A stretch of 43,908 nt of DNA, from the IMG/VR virus record IMGVR_UViG_3300020599_000180, positions 1-43,908 of that record; one strand, written 5' to 3'. This DNA comes from a virus (Duplodnaviria > Caudoviricetes). Position 1 is the stretch's first letter, and the number at the start of each line of letters is the position of its first letter. A program made the translations under genes and the position numbers. Shown here in pieces: positions 35,565-43,908 of this stretch. The notes below the pieces were generated by a model, which was not told the origin of the DNA, searched no databases, and saw only the letters and a list, made by a program, of their open reading frames with translations.

Positions 35565-35669
35565 GCGGATCGTTCCTTCTGAAAAATGGGGAGGTTAGAC
35601 CGGGATTCCCCGGTCAACGGGCCGATTGCGCGGTACGCTGTCCCTCCCCCGCTCCTCGGGGTTTATTCC

Positions 35670-36704
35670 TCAGACCTCGGGATCTGCCGGGGCGACATAG
35701 GGCTGGATGTTCTCGATGAGGCACGCATAGTCGTGGTCTTCGATGACATAGCTGTCGTTCGAGGACTGATAGTCCTCGATGCGGTCGGCTTCCGGCGCAT
35801 CCTTGATATGACGGCGCCGCTTGCCCTCCTGCTCGTAGATCGAGAGGTTGTCGAAGCGCGTCACGAAGATGGTGCCGGCCGGGAAGAACGGCACGCGCGC
35901 CGCCGGAAGCCCGCCCAGGCGCTTGGTCGACATGATGACGTCACGCGCGATCTGCTCGCTCGGGTCGATCGCCTGATCGATCAGCGGGAAATACTTGTCA
36001 TGCAGCAGATCGCGCGAGCAGATCGCCACAAGCTCGGTGTCCTCGGCCGCCCAGCTGGGCAGCATCTGGTTCACGGCGTCATAGACGAGGGAATCGAGCG
36101 TGGCATAGTCCGCGCCGGCGGCGCCGTAAGTCACCTTGTCCTCCACTGCCCCCTCTTTCATGACGTGCGTGGGCCGCTGAAGGCGCATTTTCTCCAGCCA
36201 ACCGACGTTCACGTCCTCGAGATTGGGGTAGTCCTCAAGGTCGGTGTTCGCAGCGACCATGACGCCGTTGAAGCCAATGCGGATATTGTCGAGCGCCTGG
36301 CCCCGAACGATCTGGTTCTGGATCCTGACCTCGAAGTCCGGAAATTTCGCCCACATGTCGAGCAGCGCGTAGCGGATATGCGTGTCGTAGTTAGTCTGCG
36401 AGCACTCATAGCCGAACTTGTCGAGCCCGGTGAGCTGGCGCGTCTGCCGGCGGCCGGCGCCCGAGGTATCGGTACGCGAGCTGTTGGGACCGGGCGCGCC
36501 CAGGCCGAGCACATCGCCCTTCATTTCCACCACGGGCACGATATTGACCTTAGCGAGGAACGCGCTCGATTCCTGCTTCTTGTCGACCAGCTTCTGCTGG
36601 ATGGAGGGATCGACGCTGAACTTGGTGCTGGCGTCGGCCACGCCGTTGAGAGTGGCGATGTTCTCGCGGAAGGCGTTGAAGCGCTCGCGGGTTTCGTTAC
36701 GCAT
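35670..36704 (-). CDS. gpN: P2-family major capsid protein gpN
   Basis: MRNETRERFN, FSVDPSIQQKL..QESSAFL, LDMWAKFPDF, RVPFFP, YQSSNDSYVIED. Confidence 0.97.
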   Translation of the reverse strand: MRNETRERFNAFRENIATLNGVADASTKFSVDPSIQQKLVDKKQESSAFLAKVNIVPVVEMKGDVLGLGAPGPNSSRTDTSGAGRRQTRQLTGLDKFGYECSQTNYDTHIRYALLDMWAKFPDFEVRIQNQIVRGQALDNIRIGFNGVMVAANTDLEDYPNLEDVNVGWLEKMRLQRPTHVMKEGAVEDKVTYGAAGADYATLDSLVYDAVNQMLPSWAAEDTELVAICSRDLLHDKYFPLIDQAIDPSEQIARDVIMSTKRLGGLPAARVPFFPAGTIFVTRFDNLSIYEQEGKRRRHIKDAPEADRIEDYQSSNDSYVIEDHDYACLIENIQPYVAPADPEV

Positions 36705-36754
36705 GATGGGCTCCGGTCAGATGTGGGCGGGGGCGGATTGGTGGGTGCTCGGGC

Positions 36755-37603
36755 TCAGCACTCGGCGCGCAGGGCGCCGTCGCCGCCGGCCGACAGCGGC
36801 CGAGCCGAATAGCCGCGCTGCGGCGTCTTCTCGATCTCGGCCTTGAGCTTGTCATGATCGGCGCGAAGCGCGCGGACGTCCGCCTGGACCGCCGAAAAGC
36901 CTTCGGAAATCTTCGCGCCCATCGTCTCCATCTGCGCGCCGAACTGCTGCAGGAAGGCGGAGAACTGCGCCGCATCGCCCTGCGGCGCCGGCGTGGTGAC
37001 GACCGGCGTAACGGGCGCTGCCGGCTCCGGTGCCTTGCTGAGGCCGGAGAAGAACGATTTCATGGCGCTGAAAGCGCCCGTGACGACATCGGCCGCATTC
37101 TCGCCAGCTTCTTCCAGCTCGATCGAGATCGGATCCGAAGCGATGTAGAGCACGTTGCCCTTGCGGGCGTCATCGCGGCTGAATTTCAGCACCTCGGTGC
37201 CGATCGACGCCGGGCTGTCCGTGACAGCGAAACCGACCAGATAGGCCTTGTTCGAGCGGCGGAAATTGGTCTGCAGCTCGATCGACGAGAAGATCTTCTG
37301 ATCGGCGTCGTTGTAGGCCTTCGCCTGGTCGTTGACGTCGAGCTGCGCGAACAGCGCCCAGAGCTTTTCCTTCTTGCCGGCGACGGTCAGCTCAATCTGC
37401 TCGGCCTTGAGCGCAGACACCGAGCCCCACGAATTGAAAGGCGGCTCGGGCGAATAGCCGCGCAGATGCTCGCAGTTGATCCGCGCTGTGTAGACCTGCG
37501 GGTCGTAGGTCTCGGCCGCCTGCTGGATCATGTCCTTGGTGATCTGGCGTCCGTCGACGGTCTCACCTTCGACTGCGACACGGAAAAACTTGGTTTTCGC
37601 CAT
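36755..37603 (-). CDS. gpO: Capsid scaffolding protein gpO
   Basis: KFFRVAVEGETVDGRQI, ARINCEH, YLVGFAVTDSPASIGTE. Confidence 0.95.
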   Translation of the reverse strand: MAKTKFFRVAVEGETVDGRQITKDMIQQAAETYDPQVYTARINCEHLRGYSPEPPFNSWGSVSALKAEQIELTVAGKKEKLWALFAQLDVNDQAKAYNDADQKIFSSIELQTNFRRSNKAYLVGFAVTDSPASIGTEVLKFSRDDARKGNVLYIASDPISIELEEAGENAADVVTGAFSAMKSFFSGLSKAPEPAAPVTPVVTTPAPQGDAAQFSAFLQQFGAQMETMGAKISEGFSAVQADVRALRADHDKLKAEIEKTPQRGYSARPLSAGGDGALRAEC

Positions 37604-37678
37604 TTTCGGGGCTCCTAGCGGCGGCTTGATCAGACACCGCACTCGACCGCGATCGCCCCCTAAGAACAACCGCGCGCG

Positions 37679-37701
37679 CTTGTGATGGCGCACTTCACAA
37701 G
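37679..37701. promoter_or_regulatory. Late-promoter site between divergent gpO and gpP
   Basis: CTTGTGATGGCGCACTTCACAAG. Confidence 0.75.
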
Positions 37702-37748
37702 TCGGCGCTGGCGCGGCGCGCGTGCCGCTGGCGCATCTTCACGGCGCC

Positions 37749-39542
37749 ATGGTCTTGCCGCCCACGCCTTTCGACGCGCGCCGCGTAGCGCGGAGCCTCT
37801 ACTGGCGCGGGTACAGCGTGCGGCAGATCTCCGAGGAGCTGCAGCTCAAGCGCACCACTGTGCAGAGCTGGAAGGACCGGGATAAGTGGGCGAACGATCC
37901 GGTCATCCGCCAGGTTGAGGACACACTCCAGTTCCGGCTCAACCAGCTGATCCTCAAGGAAGCCAAGACGGGGGGAGACTTCAAGGAAATCGATCTGCTC
38001 GGCCGTCAGATCGAGCGGATGGCGCGGGTGCGGCGCTATGGCGAGCCGGGCGGCCACGAGGGCGACCTCAACGCCAAGGTGGCGAACCGCAATTCCGGCC
38101 CGAAAAAGGGGCGCGAGCCCGGCAATACCCTCACGCGCGAGGATTACGACAAGCTCAAAGCCGCGTTTCTCGACGGCCTGTTTGCCCATCAGGAAACCTG
38201 GTGGGCCAATATCAGCAAGCGCACGCGGTTCCTGCTCAAGAGCCGCCAGATCGGCGCCACATTCTACTTCGCGCGCGAGGCGCTGATCCGGGCGCTGGAG
38301 ACCGGCAACAACCAGATCTTCATCTCGGCGAGCCGCGCCCAGGCCAACATCTTCCGGCAGTATATCGTCGAGTTCGTTTTCGAGGTCACCGGCAAGCAGC
38401 TCAAGGGCGATCCGATGGTCATCCATCGGGGCTGGGAGGAGGAAGATCAGCCAGCGAGCCCGGTCACCTTCTACTTCCTCGGCACCAACTTCCGGACCGC
38501 GCAGGGCTATCACGGCGACGTCTACATCGATGAGTGCTTCTGGATCTACGGGTTCGAGCAGATCTCGAAAGTGGCCAGCGCGATCGCAACGCACAAGCGC
38601 TACCACGTCACCTATTTCTCAACGCCGTCGACCGTGGCGCACGAGGCCTATCCCATGTGGACGGGCGAGCGCTTCAATCGCAAGCGCGACCGCGCGGCCC
38701 AGATCAAGATCGACATCAGCCACAGCGCGCTCGCTCTCGGCATGGACGGCGCAGACCGCATCTGGCGCCATATCGTCACGCTGGACGATGCCATCGCCGG
38801 CGGCTTCGACCTGATCGACCGCGAGGAGCTGGAGTTCCAATATTCCGTCGAGGAATTCGCCAACCTGTTCGGTTGCGAGTTCGTCGATGACAGCCAGTCC
38901 AGCTTCCCTCTGTCCCTGCTGCGCCCCTGCATGGTCGATAGCTGGGACACCTGGAAGGACTTCCAGCCCTATGCCCTCATGCCCTTCGGCCAGGGCGAGG
39001 TGTGGATCGGCTACGATCCGGCCGAGAGCGAGGACGGCGATACGGCGGCCTGTGTCGTGGTGGCGCCGCCGGCCGGGCCGAAGGGCAAGTTCCGCGTGCT
39101 CGAAAAGCTCCAGTGGCGCGGCAAGGATTTCGAGGCGCAGGCGGCCGAGATCAAGAAACTCACCCGCCGATATCATGTGACGGAAATCGCGATCGACGGC
39201 ACCGGCATGGGCGTGGCCGTGCATCAGCTCGTGGTCAAGTTCTTCGCCCGCGCGCGCCGCATCGACTATTCGCCGCTGACCAAGAGCATGATGGTGCTCA
39301 AGGGCAAGAACGTCTTCGGCAACCGCCGCATCGAGTTCGACGCCGGATGGTCGGACATGGCGGCGGCGCTGATGTCGATCCATCCCCAGCTCACCAAAGG
39401 CCAGAAACAACTCACCTATGTGGCGCGGCGCAGTGAGGCGACCGGGCATGGCGATCTCGCCTGGGCGCTGCTGCACGCCCTTTCCTGCGAGCCGATGGAC
39501 GGCGTTTCGCCGCACAGCCAATCCAAGATGGAGGTTCTCTAA
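37749..39542 (+). CDS. gpP: Terminase ATPase subunit gpP
   Basis: LKSRQIGATFYFAREAL, YIDECFW, GYDP, HGDLAWA. Confidence 0.97.
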   Translation: MVLPPTPFDARRVARSLYWRGYSVRQISEELQLKRTTVQSWKDRDKWANDPVIRQVEDTLQFRLNQLILKEAKTGGDFKEIDLLGRQIERMARVRRYGEPGGHEGDLNAKVANRNSGPKKGREPGNTLTREDYDKLKAAFLDGLFAHQETWWANISKRTRFLLKSRQIGATFYFAREALIRALETGNNQIFISASRAQANIFRQYIVEFVFEVTGKQLKGDPMVIHRGWEEEDQPASPVTFYFLGTNFRTAQGYHGDVYIDECFWIYGFEQISKVASAIATHKRYHVTYFSTPSTVAHEAYPMWTGERFNRKRDRAAQIKIDISHSALALGMDGADRIWRHIVTLDDAIAGGFDLIDREELEFQYSVEEFANLFGCEFVDDSQSSFPLSLLRPCMVDSWDTWKDFQPYALMPFGQGEVWIGYDPAESEDGDTAACVVVAPPAGPKGKFRVLEKLQWRGKDFEAQAAEIKKLTRRYHVTEIAIDGTGMGVAVHQLVVKFFARARRIDYSPLTKSMMVLKGKNVFGNRRIEFDAGWSDMAAALMSIHPQLTKGQKQLTYVARRSEATGHGDLAWALLHALSCEPMDGVSPHSQSKMEVL

Positions 39543-40567
39543 TGAGCGACACGGACATCGTGCAGACGGCCGGTGGAGTGAGCATGTTCGCTTTCGGCGA
39601 TGCAGAGGCGGTGCTCGATCGGCGCGAGCTGCTGGATTACGTCGAGAGCAGGAGCAACGGGCGATGGTACGAACCGCCCGTTCCATTGCGCGCGCTCGCG
39701 CGGATCCTGCGCGTCTCGCCGCACCATTCGAGCGCGATCATGGTCAAGCGCAATCTGCTTATGCGCTCCTTCAAGCCGTCAGCCCTGCTGAGCCGCGCCG
39801 ATTTCAGCAAGTTCGCCATGGACTATATCGTCATGGGAAACTCCTATCTGGAGGAGGTGCAGAACATCGCCGGCCGGCCGATGGCGCTCAAGCACGCGCT
39901 CTCGATCAACACGCGGCGCGGGATCAAGCCGGGCCAGTTCTTCTTCCTCCCCAAGGGCACATGGGGCGCGTGGGGTCAGGTGCACGAGTTCGCGCCCGGC
40001 AGCATCTTCCAGCTTGCCGAGACCGATGTGGCGCAGGAAATCTATGGCTTGCCGGAATATCTCTCGGCGCTGCAATCGGGCTTCCTCAACGAGGCAGCAA
40101 CGCTGTTTCGCCGCCGCTATTATCTCAACGGCGCGCACGCCGGGTTCGTCTTCTATCTCAACGAGCCTACGCTCGACCCGAACGACGTTGAGGCTGTTCG
40201 GGAATCGCTGCGATCGGCGCGGGGCGTCGGCAACTTCAAGAACCTCTTCATCCATGCGCCCAACGGGAAGAAAGACGGCGTGCAGATCATCCCGATCAGC
40301 GAGGTCGCGGCGAAAGACGATTTCCTGAACATCAAAAATGCGACGCGCGACGATATCCTTGCCGCTCACCGCGTTCCGCCTCAGCTGCTAGGCGTGGTGC
40401 CCCAGAATAACGGCGGCTTCGGCGACGTCGGCAAGGCGGCCGAGATCTTCTACCGAAACGAAATTGAGCCGCTGCAAACCCGCTTCCTGGAAGTCAACGA
40501 CTGGATCGGGGCGGAAGCGGTGGCGTTCGAGCCTTTCGAGCAAACGGCGCGCAGCGAACCTGAGTAG
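39542..40567 (+). CDS. gpQ: Portal protein gpQ (PBSX family)
   Basis: WYEPP, QEIYGLPEY, LFRRRYYLNGAHAG, GNFKNLF, AHRVPPQL. Confidence 0.97.
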   Translation: MSDTDIVQTAGGVSMFAFGDAEAVLDRRELLDYVESRSNGRWYEPPVPLRALARILRVSPHHSSAIMVKRNLLMRSFKPSALLSRADFSKFAMDYIVMGNSYLEEVQNIAGRPMALKHALSINTRRGIKPGQFFFLPKGTWGAWGQVHEFAPGSIFQLAETDVAQEIYGLPEYLSALQSGFLNEAATLFRRRYYLNGAHAGFVFYLNEPTLDPNDVEAVRESLRSARGVGNFKNLFIHAPNGKKDGVQIIPISEVAAKDDFLNIKNATRDDILAAHRVPPQLLGVVPQNNGGFGDVGKAAEIFYRNEIEPLQTRFLEVNDWIGAEAVAFEPFEQTARSEPE

Positions 40568-40581
40568 CAATGCGTTGCAAT

Positions 40582-40596
40582 GTTCTGGAAGTGTTC
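40582..40596. promoter_or_regulatory. Second LexA (SOS) box
   Basis: GTTC-TGGAAGT-GTTC, exact GTTC-N7-GTTC, in intergenic DNA. Confidence 0.55.
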
Positions 40597-40790
40597 GCGG
40601 AGATTAGCATATAAAGCAATCCTTATACGCTGATCCCATGGGCCGAGTGCCCCAAATCGCCCCCAGGAGGCCCGTACAGGGCAAATGTCGGCCCTTTGTA
40701 TGTCCAGGCATCAAAAGCCCCCTGAAGGGCCTTAGAAGTCCTCCCAGGGCTTTCCCCTTGTGTTTAATTGGAAACAGTACCATAAGAATA

Positions 40791-40822
40791 AAGGCTCGGA
40801 GTGCAGCAACACTCCGAGCCTT
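40791..40822. other. Perfect 13-bp stem hairpin
   Basis: AAGGCTCGGAGTG-CAGCAA-CACTCCGAGCCTT. Confidence 0.8.
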
Positions 40823-40933
40823 CGAAACCGCGATGAAACCGCGGCGGATTTTGTGCTGAAAGCCCCGGAAATCTGGCATTCCGGATAGCAAAAGTCAACC
40901 CGGTTTCGTCGCATTTGACAAAGGTGCAAATGC

Positions 40934-41125
40934 ATGGAACGCAAAGCTTCTCCCCATATCTCAGCAGAAATGGCGGCTCATATCCGGTTCCTTGTCAAGG
41001 AACGGGGCCTTTTCCAACACCAGGCCGCAGCGCTCTGCGGGATCAATCAGGGACGTGTGTCGGAAGTTATGCGCGGGAAGTATTATCCCGACGCAAAACC
41101 CGCACAGGGCTCTTTCCCCTTCTAA
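40934..41125 (+). CDS. 63-aa HTH protein
   Basis: GLFQHQAAALCGINQGRVSEVMRGK; AAGGTG RBS. Confidence 0.75.
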   Translation: MERKASPHISAEMAAHIRFLVKERGLFQHQAAALCGINQGRVSEVMRGKYYPDAKPAQGSFPF

Positions 41126-41165
41126 CTACCTGCCCTGCAGGCAACCGAGAAAGGGGGTGAGATTA

Positions 41166-41294
41166 TTGGCTACGCATGAACGCGGGCGTGATGCACGGAC
41201 AGGCGAGTTTGTCCCGGTCAAGGAAACTGAGCGCCGTCCGAGCACCACCGTCAAAGAGACGTATCATACGGGCAAGAAGGGCCCGAAAGACTGA
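41166..41294 (+). CDS. 42-aa basic peptide (RDARTGEF type)
   Basis: AAGGGGGTGA RBS, TTG start, MATHERGRDARTGEFVPVKETERRPSTTVKETYHTGKKGPKD. Confidence 0.7.
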   Translation: MATHERGRDARTGEFVPVKETERRPSTTVKETYHTGKKGPKD

Positions 41295-41317
41295 CCCTTC
41301 TTGACACTAATCACGGG

Positions 41318-41345
41318 TCGCCGGGGTTTTTTCTAATCCCGGCGA
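41318..41345 (+). terminator. Hairpin after the peptide gene
   Basis: TCGCCGGG-N12-CCCGGCGA followed by TTT. Confidence 0.5.
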
Positions 41346-41574
41346 TTTGTCAAGTTCGTGTTGCGTCAAAGCTTGATCCCACTGTCAACGGTCTCGCAAG
41401 GCGACCGTTCCCCGCATTTGGTGGTTGGTGGGACACACGAGGTTGCCCCGAGTCCCTTAGCGGAGCGCGCCAGACCCGATACCATCCCGCCAGCCATCGC
41501 CGCATGACCTCTACCGGGCGGGCCGCGCAGCAACGTCCGCGCCAATTCCCTCGCCTTTGAGCGCGCGCGCCGCG

Positions 41575-41593
41575 CTTGGCTCCCCCCCTCGCC
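41575..41593 (-). other. P2-like cos site
   Basis: Minus strand GGCGAGGGGGGGAGCCAAG resembles the P2 19-nt cohesive end GGCGAGGCGGGGAAAGCAC; located beyond the portal gene. Confidence 0.65.
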
Positions 41594-41873
41594 TGCGCGC
41601 TTCCTTTATGGGAAATGACGCATTGGCCCGATTACGACGCGCCGAGGATTGCCGCGCCCTTGGACAGTCTCGCCCGGCCGATGGCGATGACGCACAACGA
41701 CGCACCAATACGCCTCTCCTCGTGCCCCCAGCGCCACGCGAAATCTGGGCACGGATCTTGCCGGGTATCCCCCTGGATACCCCCGGGCAGGCCAAAGCCT
41801 GCCCGCCCCCTGCGGCGCGTCCGCAGGGCTCTCTTGCCTTCGTGGGCTTCATGGGGTCGGGGTTCCGCTATCT

Positions 41874-42638
41874 CTACGCCTCGCGAAGCGAGACCTTTCC
41901 CATTGTTATCCCTACCTGCGGATAGAGACCGTTTTCTGGACTCGCGCTACTTCCTCTCTCGGCCCCACTGTTGAGGGCGGCCTCCAGTCGGGCGAGGGAC
42001 GCTTCGAGGGCAGGATCGGATGGCTTAGGCTTGGGCGGTGGTGCCGCGATCTTTGCCACCACTAAGCCCCCCAGCTTCTTCAGATTGCGGGCGAGGGCCT
42101 TCAGGAAGGTCTGGCGGACGCGCTTTTCCATGTAGCGATGGCTATCGAAGTGATAGGCGTTCGAGGTCTGCTCGCGCTGGGGCCCGGCCTCGCCCACCGT
42201 CTCCGCAACCACGGTACGGCGCACCCAATCAAGGACGCCATACGCCTTGAGCCGCTTGATGGATTCCACCACGGCACTGCGCGAGACAGCGGCCTTGCGG
42301 GCGATCGTCTCATAGGAGGGGTAAAGCTCGCCGGTCTTGAAGTCCAAGCACTTCAGCATCCCCTTGAGGACGTATCCGTCCACGCGCTGGAGACGCGGTG
42401 CGGAAGGGGTGCCCTGATACTTCTCAGCACGGTGCTGCTCGACCAGGGCTTCCACCGCCTCGCGCAAAGCGCCTACAAACGCCCAGCCCTGCGCCTTGCT
42501 GCCGTCAAGGATTTGCCGGAAGACCTTGGCACGGGGATCGTCCACGTCATAGCTATTGCGTCTGGGCAGCTTTTCGCGGCTCGGATCGCGCTACTGGACG
42601 AAGGATCCAGCGATATCGCCGAAGGAACGCGCGGTCAT
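41874..42638 (-). pseudogene. HTH replication initiator-like gene interrupted by TAG at codon 16
   Basis: GGAGG RBS, MTARSFGDIAGSFVQ*RDPSREKLPRRNSYDV, then LYPSYETIARKAAVSRSAVVESIKRLK and REQTSNAY. Confidence 0.7.
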
Positions 42639-42654
42639 GCCCGCGCCTCCACCG

Positions 42655-43908
42655 TCAGCTGCGAGGGCCGTCCAACAGTGCGGCCGCCGGCGGCATGTCC
42701 TCCAACAGCAGGTCGGCCCATTCCTGCGCCAATTCGCGCCGTCGCTCCATATAGGCAGAGCGATTGTAGATCGGCTCGATTCCCTCCTGAATATGCGCCA
42801 GCATTAGATCGATAACGACGCGGTCGCCGGGGCTTTTGGCCTTCATGGCTCGCTCGTTCATCACGGTAGAGAACGACGCTCTCCACCCGTGCGGCACATG
42901 CACGTCGCGAAACCCATTGTCCCGATATAGCTTCGAGATCGTCGAATCGCTGATCGGCCGGCGCAATGTCTTGGTGCTCGGAAAGACGAAGGCGGAGGCG
43001 CCGCTGATCGAGCGCACCACGTTTAGAAGCTCGACGCTCTGACGGGCGAGCGGGACCACATGGTCGAATTCCTGCATCGCCTTGCGCGCCTTGCTCAGCT
43101 TCATGCGCGCCGCAGGGATGAGCCACAGCGGATCGCCCCCGTCCAGATCCATGAGTTCGCCCCAAGGCATCTGCTGCACCGTGCCCGGGCGCATCGCGGT
43201 CAAGGCCATGAAACGAGAACAGATCCGCGTAACGGGATGAGCCGGGGCTTCCTCGATCGTCCGGAGCATGTCGCGAAGGCGCGTCAGGTCCGTTATAGCC
43301 GGGCGCTTGAAGGAGACCGCCGTGCGCAGACCGGCGTTGACCTTGCCCGGACTGTGCACCTCGTAGCCCAGATCCAGCGCCCATTCGCGCAGCTCGTTGA
43401 CCTTCTGCCGCGTGCGCGAAGCAGTCTCCAGCACCCCAAGCGCCTCGATCGCGCGCAACCGTTCGGCAATCATTGGCCGCGTTATCGCTGAAAAGGGCAG
43501 CGCGCCCCATTGTGGATAGAGATGCGTGCGGAAGGCGCTCTCCACCCCACGCGCATAGGTCTTTGACCAACCAAGCTTGCGCTCGGCCAGGAATCGCTCC
43601 GCAACGACCTTGAACGTCGCTTGGCTGTCCGCCAGCCTGGACGCTGCGAGCTGCATCTTGCGAAGCGCGGGATCCACGCCCTGCACCAGCAACTGCCTCG
43701 CCTCGTCCCGCGCCGCGCGGGCATCGGCCAGCGACATGTCGGGGTAGGCGCCGAGAACGAGTCGCTTCTTCTTCGTGGCGAACCAGTAGCCCATCCGCCA
43801 AGAGCGATGGCCGGACCTCATCACCAGCAAGTAGAGGCCCTTCTCGTCCGCCAGGCGATAGTCTACCTCTCTCGGCTTCGCCTTGCGGCAAGCTGCATCC
43901 GACAGCAT
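42655..43908 (-). CDS. int: P4-type tyrosine integrase
   Basis: Arm-binding N-terminus (LADEKGLYL..LGAYPDMSLADAR), TAMRPG, HGWR, LAH, IYNR. Confidence 0.96.
   Translation of the reverse strand: MLSDAACRKAKPREVDYRLADEKGLYLLVMRSGHRSWRMGYWFATKKKRLVLGAYPDMSLADARAARDEARQLLVQGVDPALRKMQLAASRLADSQATFKVVAERFLAERKLGWSKTYARGVESAFRTHLYPQWGALPFSAITRPMIAERLRAIEALGVLETASRTRQKVNELREWALDLGYEVHSPGKVNAGLRTAVSFKRPAITDLTRLRDMLRTIEEAPAHPVTRICSRFMALTAMRPGTVQQMPWGELMDLDGGDPLWLIPAARMKLSKARKAMQEFDHVVPLARQSVELLNVVRSISGASAFVFPSTKTLRRPISDSTISKLYRDNGFRDVHVPHGWRASFSTVMNERAMKAKSPGDRVVIDLMLAHIQEGIEPIYNRSAYMERRRELAQEWADLLLEDMPPAAALLDGPRS

Larger units (their letters stand above)
2179..43908. mobile_element. P2-like prophage (right att lies outside the window)
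   Basis: Full P2-type head, tail and lysis set, cos, repressor switch, excisionase and integrase at opposite ends. Confidence 0.95.

Noticed and set aside
34281-36812. Long plus-strand ORFs of 433 and 408 aa (also 16103-17251, 20882-22000, 24905-25984, 38619-39686)
   Set aside because: Antisense shadows of well-supported genes
40604-40891. Short ORFs on both strands after the portal gene
   Set aside because: No convincing RBS or motif; region better explained as promoter and leader
41511-41974. ORFs around cos
   Set aside because: Low-complexity translations over a probable cos/origin non-coding region
42635-43891. 418-aa ORF overlapping the integrase
   Set aside because: Alternate-frame, Arg/Gly/Ala-rich shadow ORF typical of high-GC DNA
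1-43908. CRISPR array, retron, DGR, intact tRNA or rRNA
   Set aside because: No regularly spaced repeats, no reverse transcriptase motifs, and only a 3' tRNA fragment seen

Overview
High-GC alphaproteobacterial (Sphingomonadaceae-like, by inference) DNA. Bases 1-2170 are host: an ATP-dependent DNA ligase and a SciP/DUF1153 gene. The rest is a near-complete P2-like myovirus prophage running from a tRNA-3'-end remnant (2179-2202) to a P4-type tyrosine integrase at the right edge. It combines P2-type head/tail genes (Q,P,O,N,M,L,X,R,S,J,I,H,V,W,FI,FII,E/E',T,U,D), an Ogr activator with four matching late-promoter sites and a P2-like cos with a lambdoid cI/cro/cII switch, GapR, two DNA methyltransferases and an HTH replication protein. 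Two lesions suggest decay or sequence error: an amber stop in the rep gene and a frameshift at the end of gpD. Accessory regions hold the most interest: (i) a candidate defence cluster after cI (WYL-TerB fusion, HEPN-like gene between cassette-like repeats, membrane thermonuclease, BrnTA); (ii) a late-promoter-linked ~1200-aa Ig/glycoside-hydrolase-like protein next to a PEP-CTERM gene; (iii) a 20-codon peptide-hairpin-HTH unit; (iv) a LexA-box operon with SRAP between two paralogous small genes; (v) an autoregulated operon ending in a large serine recombinase; (vi) a second LexA box ahead of a hairpin/HTH/peptide unit. Family calls come from motif recognition by eye, not database searches.
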